From Octopus vulgaris (taxonomy: Eukaryota), in NCBI GenBank assembly GCA_951406725.2, contig OX597820.1, forward strand, positions 71,920,001 through 71,984,000: a DNA stretch of 64,000 nt, written 5' to 3'. Position numbers and translations under genes: made by a program. Of this stretch, positions 25,150 to 38,954 are shown piece after piece; the stretch's first letter is position 1, and each line of letters starts with the position of its first letter. Under the pieces are notes generated by a model, which saw only the letters and a program-made list of their open reading frames with translations, was not told the origin of the DNA and did not search any database.

Positions 25150-27560
25150 TCTTTTACTTGGAAGTATCAGGCATTATGACAAATCATAAAGGAACAACAG
25201 TGTCTCCACATTACTTTTCTGAACAAAACAAGCTTGTCATTACATTTAATTACTTCAATTTACTCTAAGGTAAGATTGTCTTAGTATGTATGCACACATG
25301 CCTCTTTTTCACAATAACAGGAGGTCAGAAGAAATTAGCCAAGAAAGTAGGGAGACACCAACTGGAATAAGGCACTTAAAAAAGCATAAAACATTCATGA
25401 AATGTTAAATTGGTTACAGTTGAGGTATGAACTGAATGGAATATTCTAAAAACGAACATCCCCTCAATAGGATTCTGGAAGTTTCTTACTCATAGATTGA
25501 TTTCTTATGTACTTTCCAGATTTTTAATTGTAAAATATGCTTTTGCTTTACACAATCCCTTGTTGTTTTAGAAAATTTCTCACTTTTGTAATCATAAATG
25601 GAATGTCTCGATCACTGTGGATATTGCTAGGAATTTCAAATAGAGAAAGTAGCTCTTTGTGGCATTGAACAATAGATTGAAGAATGGTATCTATGCAAGA
25701 AAACACAGATAGCTAACTATCACTAATTGGTATTTGTTTCAAGATGTTAACTATTTACTTCCCATAAAATCCAACGTGATGTGTTCCATAGCATTTAGTA
25801 GATTTTGTGAAAACTTGATCTGTCAAATTGTAAAGTTTGAGTTTTAGTTCAGAACATAATCATGAATCATATCAGACTTTACAAATGTCTTTAATTGTAA
25901 AAGTAGGATTGTTCCTATTACATAATGTAAGTCTTCTTGCATGAAAATGTTGAAGGAATTTATAAATTGACTGAGTAAACTGGCACATTTGAGACAAGGC
26001 ATCAGCATGCCCATTTCTTTTCCACACCAATAAATATTCTCAAAACTACAGGAAAGCAAGTTTTATTCTTCAGCACAATATTTTGTCATTCTTTCTCGTG
26101 CGTATACAGAATTTATAATACATAAGCTGGATGTTCTGTTGGTCTACCCAACATCCTTTACATATTCCCTCAACAATTGCAGCAGCTTCTTAATGGGAGA
26201 TTAGAAACCTTGTGATAGCATTGAAGCAAGAGAAGTGTCTAATGTGTTAGTCTCAACTGTGAATGGGATGGAATTGTCTATTGCATAGAGGCAAACATTT
26301 TGTGTCAACCTTAATATTTTGGGAGTTGTTAATAGTTTAAAGAAAGTGAAAAAATTATACACATCATAATAGGTCTTGAAACAAAAAACATGCTGCCTAT
26401 TTGCAAGTTTCTTTTTAGGAGAAAAAACTTAGGGAGCAGTTGAGTGAATGTATCTTGTCAAAATAAGGAATTATGCAGTGGCCTTGAATGCTGTATCCAA
26501 GGAATTTTATGCTTGTTTTGCTCTCTGATTTCTGTTATAAGCTCCCTTAGAGTTATTGCTTATGATGATGTCATCAAATACAAGTTGGTAGATTTAAGGT
26601 TATTTAGTGAGATTATTTGGGCTTATCTCTCCTTGAAAACACACTACAGCATTTGTAAGATTAAATGAAAGTTTTGTATACTGATAAAATTCTGAAAAAG
26701 CTTAAAAGGCAGTATAACAGTGGTCAATAGTAGCTGATAATAGCCATGTTTTGTAATAATGTTGCTAAAATATGAAAACAAGATATTTATCAATTCATGA
26801 GCGAAAGTTACTGGAAAAACATTAAGAAGAGTATGAATGTTAATAGTGTAGAGAAATCAATGACAAGGTATCATTTGTAACTTGTGTTTAGTGATTTTAT
26901 GACTTAAGCTCTCCACAGTGAATTACTGTCTTCTATGATGTCTTCTTTGGGATGGTAATTTAGTGAGGGGTATAACTTTAGGTTGGCAGAATTTGGCAGC
27001 AGTAGAGGACTTTCCAGACCATGGAACGTAAATGCTAAAGAAGACTAGTGAGGCATGAAAATCTGCCATAGTATCAAACCAGAGCAGAGATTAGGCATAA
27101 CTAATAGCAACTGCTGTTTGTACAACTTCTTAGCACATCTAATATCATTTTCACATATTCCCATGATATAGAAACCATACTCTGTAGACACCACCTCCAT
27201 TTGCCTATCAATAGTCTAATGACTAAATCATTCCACTTAGCAATGAAATTGCCAGTGCTTTTACTGTTAACCAAAGCTTGCATTGATTGATGGTTAATTA
27301 CAACATATATGAGTGCACAAGATGAAAGATGTTCCTATTCCAATAAAGCAGAACTTAAGTTGAAGAAATTAATGAATAGGAAATTAGTTTACCTGGTTAA
27401 TTTGATGTCCTAAGCATTTAACTTGTGATTTATACAATCAAAGATTGCCTTTTTCAACACTTGTGACATGTAGCATTTCTAACTGTGTATTTTTTCTTAC
27501 CTACCCTGTCTATGTTACCCACAAAAAGAAACAAAGTAACCATTTTTTGAAAACAACTGC
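25150..27560 (-). pseudogene. Highly decayed Ty3/Gypsy gag-pol (Zn-knuckle, PR, RT, RH, IN order)
   Basis: Minus-strand remnants in order: NATCHKC (~27465), MQALVNSKSTGNFI (protease-like, 27283), FDDIII (~26575), SIPFTVET..SLASMLSQ (~26260), KNDKIL..SFENIYWCGKE..ADALS (~26000-26090), EHITLDFMG (~25775), LLSLFEIPSNIHSDRD (~25625). No LTRs recognised. Confidence 0.75.
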
Positions 27561-27738
27561 TGAAATAGGTTTTTGCTTGGTGTCATCATTTGGCTGTTAT
27601 GTTTAGCAGATTGAGTGGCTTCATAGAGACTTCTCCATTTACTTGTTAAATTGGGATTGTTATTTTGTTGTTTGATGTAGCTTGATTATAGCCAGAGTTG
27701 TTGGCTATTTGTTTTGTAGTTTATTTTAAACACAAACT

Positions 27739-28065
27739 GTGAAGGCATGTGACTTAGCGGTTAGGGTATTTGGCCCGTGACATTAGGTCACGAGTTCAAT
27801 TCTTGGCAGTGCATTGTGTCCTTAAGCAAGACACTTTATTTCATGTTGCTCCAGTTGAATCAGCTGGCAAAATGAGTAGTACCTATATTTCAAAGGGCCA
27901 GTCTTGTCACGTTCTATATCATGCTGAATCTCCCTCAGAACTACGTTAAGGGTACACATGTCTGTGGAGTACTCAGCCACTTGCACGTTAATTTCACAAG
28001 CAACTGTTCTTTTGATCAAATCAACCATAACCCTTATCATTGCCCCTGACAGAGTACTAGTTACC
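27739..28065 (+). mobile_element. SINE with family-D-type head and a different 3' region
   Basis: GTGAAGGCATGTGACTTAGCGGTTAG...GAGTTCAATTC...AGCAAGACACTTTATTTCATGTTGCTCCAG. Confidence 0.75.
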
Positions 28066-28313
28066 AATTAAGCATAAATGTTTTCCAGATTTCTGCATTT
28101 TTTTTTGCTTTGATTTTTTTTCCTTATTTTCCTGTTTAGCCGCATGAGGTTCAGTTCATTTCTATTGCAAGGTATTCTTTTATTCTATAGGCATAATGTT
28201 TGAGGTTATCCATAGTTTTTCTAAGGTTTATTTCTTTCTCTTGTTTAATTTTCCTTAAAAGATATACTTTTTGGGAGCTTCTGTAACTATTTTGTTAAAT
28301 AAGTTAACTATAA

Positions 28314-28730
28314 GTGCATGCACGGTTGTGTGGTAAGACGTTTACTTTCTAACCATGTGGTTCCAGGTTCAGTCCCACAGCATAGCATCTTAGTGTCTTC
28401 TACTTATATCCTCAAATCAACTAAAGCCTTGTGAGTGGATTTGTTAGATGGAAACTGAAAGAAGCCCATCATATATATGTGTGTGTGTGTTTGTGTCTGT
28501 GTTTTTCCCCCCACTACACCCTATGACAACTGGTGTTGGTGTACTCTTTTACTTGTTTCAGTCATTTGACTGTGGCCATACTGGAGCACTGCCTTTAGTC
28601 GAGCAAATCGACCCTGGGGCTTATTCTTTGTAAGCCCAGTACTTATTCTATCGGTCTCTTTTGCCGAACCGCTAAGTGATGGGGACGTAAACATACCAGC
28701 ATCGGTTGTCCAGCAATGATAGGGGGACAA

Positions 28731-28763
<33 letters not shown>

Positions 28764-29017
28764 CATATATACGACAGGCTTCTTTCAGTTTCTGTCTACC
28801 AAATCCACTCACAAGGCATTGGTCAGCCCGGGGCTATAGCAGAAGACATTTGCCCAAGATGCCACGCAGTTATCCCTGTAAAAAAGACGGATAGAGTAAG
28901 TACCATCCTTAAAAAAATACAAGTGCTGGGGTTGATTCATTTGACTAAAAATTCTTCAAGGCAGTGCTCCAGCATGGCCACAGGCTAATGACTGAAACAA
29001 GTAAAAGATAAAAGATA
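28314..29017 (+). mobile_element. SINE family A (+) interrupted by a younger SINE A on the minus strand (28543-28870)
   Basis: + strand head at 28314-28540, inverted copy, then + strand 3' end resumes at ~28871-29017. Confidence 0.8.
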
Positions 29018-29450
29018 CGTGCTCTTCAGTATCCATGAAGGTGACTGAAGTCAGCAGACCTCAGTTTTCTCTCAGTGAAAGTAATTCCACTGGACACACT
29101 TAATATTTATGAAAGTATTTTTGATTAAGTTAGTAATGGGTAAGTGTTTTGTAACAATGATGCGCAACAAACAGTGAAAATGACATTCGGGTATTGTTTG
29201 CCTTGGGGCTGTGGTAGCCAGGTAAGGTTTGAAGAGGAGTTGCTGTAGTTAACTTGGTGTGTTAATGTAGGGAGTTTAGGGTGCTAATCGAGATTAGTTG
29301 AGATATAAGTTAAGAAGCTCATTTTGCATGTGGTTTCATGTTCTGTCCCACCAAGTGTCACCTTAAGTAAGTGACTTCTGCTATAATCCTGGCTCCACCA
29401 ATGCCTTGTGAGTGAATTTGGCAGATGGAAACTGAGATATTTGCCATATA

Positions 29451-29793
29451 AAGGGTAAAGACCCCCTTCGGTCATGAATGACCATGGGATTGCACCTAGA
29501 AAGTTACCCTCCTAGACACAAGTCTGGGCATGGTCGTTTATGGAAGACCAGCAGTCGCCCATGCATACCGGTCTCCCCTCTCCACGCCACCAGTGTTATC
29601 CAAGGGAAAGACAAAGGTCGATACAGCTTGGCACCTGTGATGTCGCAACTCATTTCTACAGCTGAGTGAACTGGAGCAACGTGAAATAAAGTGCTTTGCT
29701 CAAGAACACAACACGCAGCCCGGTCCGGGATTCGAGCTCACAACCTCACGATCGTAAGCTCGACGCTCTAACCACTGAGCCATGCGCCTTCAC
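29451..29793 (-). mobile_element. SINE family D, full length with 12-bp target-site duplication
   Basis: ATTTGCCATATA at 29439-29450 and 29795-29806; box A TGGCTCAGTGG and box B-like GCTCGAATCC on the minus strand. Confidence 0.9.
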
Positions 29794-31182
29794 CATTTGC
29801 CATATATATATATATGCATACATACATACATACATACATACATACATACATACATGCATGCATGCTTGCCATATATATATATATATATATGCATACATAG
29901 ATACATACATACATACATACATGTATACATACATACATACATGTATGTATGTATGTATGTATGTATGTATATATCTATGTGTGTGTATGTTTGTGTGTGT
30001 CTGTCACCCACCATCAATTGACAATTGGTGGTGGTGTGTTTACGTCTTTGTAACTTAGCAGTTCAGCAAAAGCAACTGATAAAATAAGTACTTGGCTTCA
30101 AAAAATAAGTCCTAGGTACAATTTGTTTGACTAAAACCTTTCAAGGCTGTGCTCCAGCATGGTCATAATCAAATGACCGAAACAAGTAAAAGATAAAAGA
30201 CAAAACCCTTCAAGGTTGTGCCCCAGCATGGCCACAGTCCAATGACTGAAACGAGTAAAATATAAAAGATACCATGGAAACATTTTTACTTTTGTACCCG
30301 CATGTATGCATTGACATCTTCCCAGCAATGGTGCGTGTGAGTATTGTAAGTTGATTAGACAGTTGATGAAATTAATATTAATGTTATTACATAAATGCAT
30401 TTCATGTTAATTGATTAGATGTATGCTATTGGGGTTTCTTCTTGTTTAGCTTGTTCTGCCTTAGTGGAGTGTTTAGGGAATCTGAAATGTCCTGTGTTCG
30501 AAGTGTAGCATTTATTGTTTCTTGCATGATGACAGTGAAAATTTTTTTTGTGATGATGAAATTCTTTAATCTCGTGAAAGATTCCATTCAAAAGGCAAAC
30601 TGTATAGTTTTATATGTGAAAAAAAAATGAAGTTGCATGCTTGTGGTATATCAGCACATAGAATGTGAAAATCTATGCAGACTGGAGAGATATGTGTCAA
30701 ATGCAATCCATTAGTTGCAGAAAGATAACATACTTAAAAGCAAAGTGCAATTGATGCATTAAAGACATCAGCTGATATGTGCAAGGGTGTATCTGTACTA
30801 TTGTACTTGTATAGATTGCGATATGAATGGTTGTTTAACACTTTCTAGTTAAAAGCAAGTGTGATAATCTGATTGCAGATGTTAATCATAGCATAGGGAG
30901 ATCAAAAACATTGGGAAGAAACTGATTTTTTTTTTTTTGATTATCAGAGAATGAGGCATGGTGGCTGTCACTTTTACAAGACACACTAAATGGAAAAGAA
31001 TGATACACCTTGGAAAGTATGGGTAAGGAGGAGAACAGGGATCTAGTCCAAAAGCTTACAATGGAGTGAACTCAGTTATATGCATTCTGGGACCAGACAG
31101 TAGTGTCAAAACTGACAGCATTATCAGGCCTGCCACTCAGCTTATTTAATTCATATATAAGATTAGTTAAACTAAGAGAAAT

Positions 31183-31550
31183 CTTTTATCTGCTTCAGTC
31201 ATTGGGCCATGGGCATGCTGGGGCACCACTTTGATGGGTTTAGTCAAAAAGTATAACCCATTACATTTTTAAGTCTGGTACTTATTTTATCAATCTCTTT
31301 TGCTAAACTACTAAGTTATGGGAATGTTAACAAAACAACATAAGTTGACCAACAGTGGCAGAGGACAAGCACAAAGACACACACACACACAGACAATGGG
31401 TTTCTACACAGTTCCCATCAACCAAATTCACTTGCAGGGCATTAGTTGACTCAAGGTTATAGTAGAAAACACATCTACAAGGTGCCGCATGGTGGGACTG
31501 AACCAGGAACCATGTGGTTGAAAAGTAAGCTTCTTAACCGTACAACCATA
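31183..31550 (-). mobile_element. SINE family A (diverged)
   Basis: Reverse complement similarity to 501-886. Confidence 0.75.
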
Positions 31551-32859
31551 TCAATATTGTTATTCTGTCGACCTAAACAACTCATGCCTGATGAAAAAGT
31601 AAAACAAAAATGTCATGTTTATTGCTGTTCTCATTATTATATAGATTTATCATTTGTATACATAAGTTAATCCTTGACTTCTAGAAAAATATTAAGAATT
31701 TTCCATTAAACCTGGAGATTAAGCTGTATATGCAGCACTCACTGCCTAGTTTTTATTCCGGTGTTTCTGAGACATGATTCTGGCAACTAGGAATTTTTTT
31801 TAATCTTCTTCAAGGATGAAGATATCCACAAATATGTTGCATTTCCCTCTAATGTCATAAAAATTTCTTTTTACATAATTCTAATGATTTATCAATAAAA
31901 CGTTAAGTAACTAGTTCAAGATTAGTCCTTTTATTATTTTACTTTCTTCTACTCATTGGATCTTACATTGATCCCAGCATTTAGTCTGTTACATTTTATT
32001 GATTGACTAGGTTAACCAATTGTTTTTAGAGTGATGTCCCTTAATGCTGTAAATGCCTTGAAAACATTTACACCACTTTACACATGTATACAGAAATGAA
32101 AGTGCACACACATATATGCATGTTTGTATGTATGCTTGTATGTACACAACAGGCTTACACACATTTTCCATCCACTTCATTTCAATATGTATAGGTCAAC
32201 TTGAAAATTTTGTTGAAGTCTTACTCCCAAAGAGCAACACAGAACATTTGAACACAGAACAAGTAATTACAAAGCAAAATTCTAAATTTGACAGCCACAC
32301 CTGAGCCTATAACATTAATAAAAATTTTTAATAAATATTTATATATTTATATAGTCTAATTTCCTCCTATCACAGTCTCAACTTCATTTTGTTGTATAAT
32401 ATAGTTTTATTATCAATTTTTTCTTGGTTTTTTAATTTTTTTTTTGTGGAGAATTCTTCACAATAAACAAGGAAACTATTATTATTTTGTTGTTGCTATT
32501 ATTATACATAAACGATAATTTCTGAAATGTAGCAGCACTAAAATAGATATTGGAATGTCAGTGTCAGAGAAAATTGTACTGCTGTCACTCTATCTTCTAA
32601 AAAGTTACAAAATAGAACATTTATATTCCATGTGCTAGCTCATATAATGATTTACAACAATTTTAAGAGGGAATCAATTTCTCTTGAGATTTATTCATAC
32701 ACTTTCAAGTTTTGATTTCATTTTTTTTTTAATTAAAAATACTTTGCTTTAATCGCTCAGTTTCAAATACACATTGCATAGATTTCTACATTATACTTCA
32801 CTCAAATTATTGACAAATTACTTTCAGCATTCTATAATACGACTTGTGTTGTTGCTCTT

Positions 32860-33085
32860 GTTGCTTATTCCCCAAATTAACCCTGATCAACCAGATTTAT
32901 GATCAATAAGCATTCCAGCCATGCCTATTCCTTCCTTTTTTTTTTTCCTGGATGCTGTGTATCTTGGGTCACATTATCCAATATACCTTCCCCCTTCTTT
33001 TTTGAGACTATAAAATATAATTTGAGTGTGCTTTGGTTGTTATTTCTAGCAGGTTGAGGGAGGCATAGACTCACTCACTGGATTG
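32860..33085. repeat. Old interspersed repeat family F (also ~40790-41000 and ~47968-48365)
   Basis: Shared blocks ..GCATTCCAGCCATG.. and ..TTTGG(C/T)TG(C/T)TATTTCTAGCAGG.. in three diverged copies. Confidence 0.5.
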
Positions 33086-33348
33086 GCAATATATCTTATG
33101 TTCATCTGAGATAAGATTATATTGAAGTTAGAAAGTTTCCATTTAGAAATCTACTTTTAATTTTGAGAGCATAAAATCTATAACATTAAGGTCCTAGATT
33201 ACTCATCATAGAGTCTTTATTGTTGTACCGTGTTTCAAGACAAGGTTCATTCCTTTGCTTGCTAAGAGTCCATATCTACTTCATAATTTAGTAGTTAGCT
33301 ATTGGAAGGTTATCCAGCTATAAAAAGATTTTTCCTAATAATCTGCTT

Positions 33349-33780
33349 GTGAAGACCCATTGAGGCAAGTGAGGATCAGAATCGAAATCGATCAATGGAA
33401 ATCGATCAATGGAAATTGCAGATGTGTTACCAGTGCCGGTGGCATGTAAGAGAACTTTCCGTTTCGCGACCGTTGCCAGCACCGCCCCGTTTCGTGTCCA
33501 TTGCCAGCCTCGCCTGGCCCTCGTGCCGGTGGCACATAAAAAGCACCATCCGTTCGTGGCCGTTTGCCAGCTCTGTCTGGCACCAGTGCGGGTGGCACGT
33601 AAAAAGCACCCACTACACTCACGGAGTGGTTGGCGTTAGGAAGGGCATCCAGCCGTAGAAACACTGCCAGATTTGACTGGGCCTGATGAAGCCTTCTGGC
33701 TTCACAGACCCCAGTAGAACCGTCCAACCCATGCTAGCATGGAAAACGGACGCTAAATGATGATGATGATGATGATGATG
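33349..33780 (+). mobile_element. RTE LINE 3' UTR, young CpG-rich copy with (GAT)n tail
   Basis: Reverse complement of the 61161-61615 module; tail CCATGCTAGCATGGAAAACGGACGCTAAA(TGA)n. Confidence 0.88.
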
Positions 33781-33964
33781 ATATAAATGTTTCAATTTAG
33801 AAAATAATAATGTAATAACATCCCAGCTGTAACTGTTAGATCCTTCCATATACTTTCTGCCAGTTTTTTTTTGTTTTTAAAGTATTATAGTCCCATTCAC
33901 ACACCTCCCAATATATGACAAGTACTTTATATTATCTACCCAAAGAAGATGAAAGATAAATTGT

Positions 33965-34355
33965 AGTCATGGCTGATGCCAGTGTCACATAACTGGCACC
34001 TATGCTGGTGGCACATAAAAAGCACCATTTGAATGTTGGGCCTCACGGAGGTGGTGACAAGTGACCAAGACCTTTTGTGATATACTGTGCTTGAGAAAAC
34101 CTGTCAAGCCATGTGAGATCATAGCCATCGCCAATGCTGGAGTCACGTAACGGACGCCCATACCAGTGGCGTGTATAAAAGCACACACTACACTCTTGGA
34201 GTGATTAGCATCCAGCCATAAAAACCATGCCAAATCAGATTGGAATGTGGTGCAGCTCCCCAGCTTACCAATTTTCAATCAAACTGTCTAATCCATGCCA
34301 TCATGGAAAACAGATGCTAAATGATGATGATAACGATGATGATAATGATGATGAT
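33965..34355 (+). mobile_element. Older RTE 3' UTR-derived fragment
   Basis: Same GGTGGCACATAAAAAGCACC motif and tail. Confidence 0.7.
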
Positions 34356-35285
34356 TGATGGTGAAGTTGCTCTCAGTAGGATTTGAACTCAAGTTTTAAA
34401 AGAACATAACTAAATACTGCAAGACACTCCCTCCGATACTCCAACATTTATTCCCTTTATAGTCTACAGATAAAAAAAGACATATCATCCTTTGGATAGA
34501 CTTCCTTTCAATTATAGGTAACACAGCTCTGCAAGCCAACAAATTAGTCTTCAGTTTCATATTGCTACCACTACCAGCTGAAAGGAAGCATACCATCTTT
34601 CATTATCTACTTGCAGTTAGTTGGACTATGCCATTGAGGGCTAAGTGTCTTTAGTATAAACACATGTCAATGCCAATGACAGTTGTCTGATACACTATCA
34701 ACTTGGCCAGCAATGCTCTCATATCCAATCTCTGATAATATGAAAACATGAATCTGGAAACAGGGAAAAAAAAATGTTTATAGCTTCTGCACTAATATCT
34801 ATTTTCACTAAAATAAACAGAGTTGCAAAACTTTTCTTTTTAGTTAATGCCAACACTACAACACAAATTGCAATATTTACTTTCTTGTGCAGAATCTGAC
34901 AGAAAGCAAAAAACCAAACGAACAAACACTGTATTGGTTAATGGAAAGTATTATGTGTCAACCATGGATATTTTACACTATTTTCACTTACCGTTTCATA
35001 GATACCTGTCACTTCTTCAGTTCTTTTTTTTCTGTTGTTTTTTTTGCTCTGACATTCTCTGATGAAAATGCTCTTACCATGAGAGCCTTCCCTTACACAC
35101 GATTATGGTTATGATTCACATAAGCAAACTTAAATTGCATGAATTTAGTTTATATAGTGCAACCTGACTTTATTTTAGATCTGCAACATATATATGTAAT
35201 GTATGTGTGTGCGTGTGTGTGTGTGATATATGATTAGATATGTATGAATGTATATATACACACACACACAGACACACGCATATAC

Positions 35286-35330
<45 letters not shown>

Positions 35331-36198
35331 CACACACATACATACAGTTATAAATATATATATATATATATATATATAATGTACATATACATATATACAT
35401 GCATACATATGCATACAATCGCACATATGTGTGTATTCTTATATAGGATTAATTACTTATATAGACTATGATCGTTTACAAATGGAACCCAGTCTATCCA
35501 CAGATTAAGTTTATGCACACAGATTATATACAACTCTTCCTTCTCTGTCTGTACAATTCCATACTGTATAATTTTATGTTATGTCATGAATGACACTTAC
35601 TCCAAAGACTAATCTTTGTTTAACAAATTTGAGTATGTTTTTAGTAAATAGGATAAAATATTTGCCTGCTGTGTCAATACATACAGAACATCTAAAATAT
35701 CTTTTATATATTTGCTATGCCATTTGTGTTCAAATTTCTGCGCTCTTTTAGTGTTATAGCCATCTGTGTTGCTAATCATTTCTTTTGTATTAAGAGATTC
35801 TAAGCCAGTTACTCATACAACCTTGATATTTGTCAAGTTGACTTACCTCTTATGCATTTGAGGTTTTTGTTAAAAACTATTATTAATTCATTGCTACATG
35901 CAGGTCCTAATACTATTGTTAAAGCTTCAAATTCTTATTGAAGAAGAGACTTATTGATTAAATCTCTCTATAAATGTTGTTGTTTTTTTTCAATATATTG
36001 CTGTTCTTGGGTATTAGATTTTCTACAACCAACTAACATTCTTTGTTAGAATAGTAATCAGTTTTATTAATACTGTTATTTGTGTATTAAATAAAATATG
36101 CAATGTTGTCTTTCACAAATTTCACATGGAAATTAATTTTATCAAATTTAGAGTTTACTGGAATTACAACTATACAGGATTCTTTTTAATTGGCCTCT

Positions 36199-36633
36199 AT
36201 CTTTTACTTGTTTCAGTCAATTGAGTGTGGCCATGCTGGGGCACTGCCTTGAAGAATTTTTTATTGAATGAATTGACCCCAGCACTTGTTTTTTTTTTTA
36301 AAGATTGTACTTATTTCATCGGTCTCTTTTGCCAAACTGTTAAGTTATGGGCCTGTGGACACACAAACACTGGTTGTCAAGTGGTGATAGGGGAGAAACA
36401 CAGACACAAAGATACATATACGCATGCATGCATGCATGTGCATGTACACACACACACACACACACACAAGCAACAGGCTCTTTTCAGTTTCTGTCTACCA
36501 AATCTGCTCACATGACTTTGTTTGTCCCAATGCTGTAGTAGAAGACATTTGCCCAAGGTGCCACACTCTTGGACTGAACCAGGAACCATGTGATGAGGAA
36601 GCAAACTTCTTGCCACACAGCCATACCTGCACC
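36199..36633 (-). mobile_element. SINE family A
   Basis: Reverse complement similarity to 501-886. Confidence 0.82.
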
Positions 36634-38192
36634 TGTTAGACTTTCCTTACTATAAAACTTGAATTCATATTCCTCTAAATATGTATGGTATGTATACGTG
36701 AATGTGAACTCACATGTCTGTCTGCAATAACACTAGTAATTATGTTTTTATCACACAGTAGATAATTTTGTAAGAAGTAAGAACTTGTGTGTCCCCTCTA
36801 TGTTTAACCCCTTGTGGGCAATAAAGAAATAAGAAGCAAGAACTATGGTTGATTTAATTGACTCCAAAATCTTGCTACCATATTATTTTATCAACTTCAG
36901 AAAAATTAACCACAAAAGCAGTCCATGTAGGATTTAAACTGAAATCTGTTTGTTTCCAAATGAAGCACCATCAAGAATTTTACACACTGTTACTTTCACA
37001 AAAATAGTAGGAACTTATAATAAATATAATCTTAAGTTTAATCCAGAATTTCTTATGCTGTTTTACACCAGACACAGAATTTTATTAAATGAATAAGTGA
37101 CAATTTTTTTTATTCTGTTAAGTATTTAATGATACATTGTCTTAGAAAGAACTTTTAATTGGTATTTTATATACTACACAATCACTATTAGATCTGATTC
37201 TATTTATTCATACTCATCTTCCATCATATTTACTCATGAACAATAGAACTTAATAATAGATAAGCAATTATTTTCCTCATTAAATAGGATGTTCAAGAAT
37301 CATCATCTCTCATCTGGCCAAATAACTCCTCAAACCACCTTTCACAGTCTAAAAAGGCCAAACTGAAACATTGACTATTTCTTTAACTACTCTATAATTA
37401 CATTGTTTTTGTGATTGTTTCCACATGCAGTTAAAGTTGACCTCATTTTCATACATCAGCGTATTTACACTATTTTAAATGTTTAAACATTAGAAACAAT
37501 GCATTAAAGCAAAAAGTATCACATCTTCACTCACCACAGCGTTATGATAACTTCTCTTATATAATATCAATACTTTGCCAAAGATGACATATCAACTTTC
37601 AAAATCTGTAACCTAAAAGTCTACAAAGAATTTAGCAAACTTATCAACATTTACAGTTAACAGGTCTCTTATTTACAAGGTGGCCTTTTTCTGCCAGTAC
37701 GCTATCTTGGACTGTTCTAATCTAAGTTATCTCAATAAAATGTATGAGGAGGAAAACTAAACTATATTTGCTGCACATCAAATGTTGTCTGCAGAACTGC
37801 ATTGACAATATGAGGAAGGGTTGTCTGTAGTAGAACTTTATAGTTAAAACTGGAATTGGAACAATAGGATATATATTAGAGTGGGTTTTAAAACACGATG
37901 CATTGCAGACTGGAGACATTGGAATTTTGAGACAATACAGTTTTAATAGGACCACCATGTACCTAGGTTATTTGAGATATCAGCAACATTACCTTCCTTT
38001 CACATTGCAATATTGTAGGTTATGTCTTAATTTTTCTGCTCTCAGTTTTTTTGGGGGTTTTTTTGGCTTGAGTTATAACCCCAATATTGTATGAGAGAAG
38101 GCCTAGAAATATATGCTTAAGTAATATGAAATCACTTTCTCTTTTTCTATTAAATCACTTACTCTTAAGAATTTTTTATTTGTGCATGCATG

Positions 38193-38231
<39 letters not shown>

Positions 38232-38954
38232 GAACAGAGCATGAAAAGTTAATCCAAAGAAAGACTGAACAAATGAAAGGTGAGATTGATAATCCAGAAA
38301 TCTCAGGCCTTGTAATAGCTCCTTCAAAAATTTAGATTTACAATCCTTTGACATTATTGATAAGAGACACCTTTCTGGAGTAAGGTAACCATAGTTATGT
38401 AATTTTCTACTGTATTTTAACACTTATAATCTTCAGCAGAATAACGTATTCTTTGCATGCCAGATCTTTTCCATTCCATGTGAAGTAGACGTTTCTGAAA
38501 TTCAATTGTCATCATTTATTATTTAAAGATGTTATTATAATGATCGATATCAATTGTTTATATATGGAAACTTCATAATTTTCAATCAGGCACCTACTCC
38601 ATTCTGTATACTTATTCAATGAAGTTGAATAAGTATATTCTTGGGAATATACTTTCTGGGGAAAGCATCTTTTAAATATTTGAAGCCAGCCATAATAAAC
38701 CAATATTGCAATTTTAGACTTACTTTTCAAACAATCAGTGTTATAGTATTAGGAACACTAAATAATTTACTTAGGTTTTTCAGCCAAATGTCCCTTTAGT
38801 AAAGCCTTGCAAGTTCTGTTCATTTCTTTTTTCCTTCATACATTAATCTCATCTTAAAAATACTATTATTTACTTCCTCAACAGATTTTTAAAATTCAAC
38901 AATCCCACTATTCACTTATTGTTTCTGCTTATAGAATTTCTCTTGAAATAACTT

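Noticed and set aside
29700-29793. tRNA gene
   Set aside because: It is the tRNA-derived head of a SINE: continuous with the SINE body and TSD, with no complete cloverleaf.
30560-30930. Very old RTE-like fragment
   Set aside because: Only faint nucleotide resemblance to 62270-62390; too weak to list as a feature.
38233-38279. Short exon-like stretch (TEHEKLIQRKTEQMK, AG|gtgaga)
   Set aside because: The acceptor follows a (TG)n tract, its phase is incompatible with the SPO11 exon, and there is no homology.
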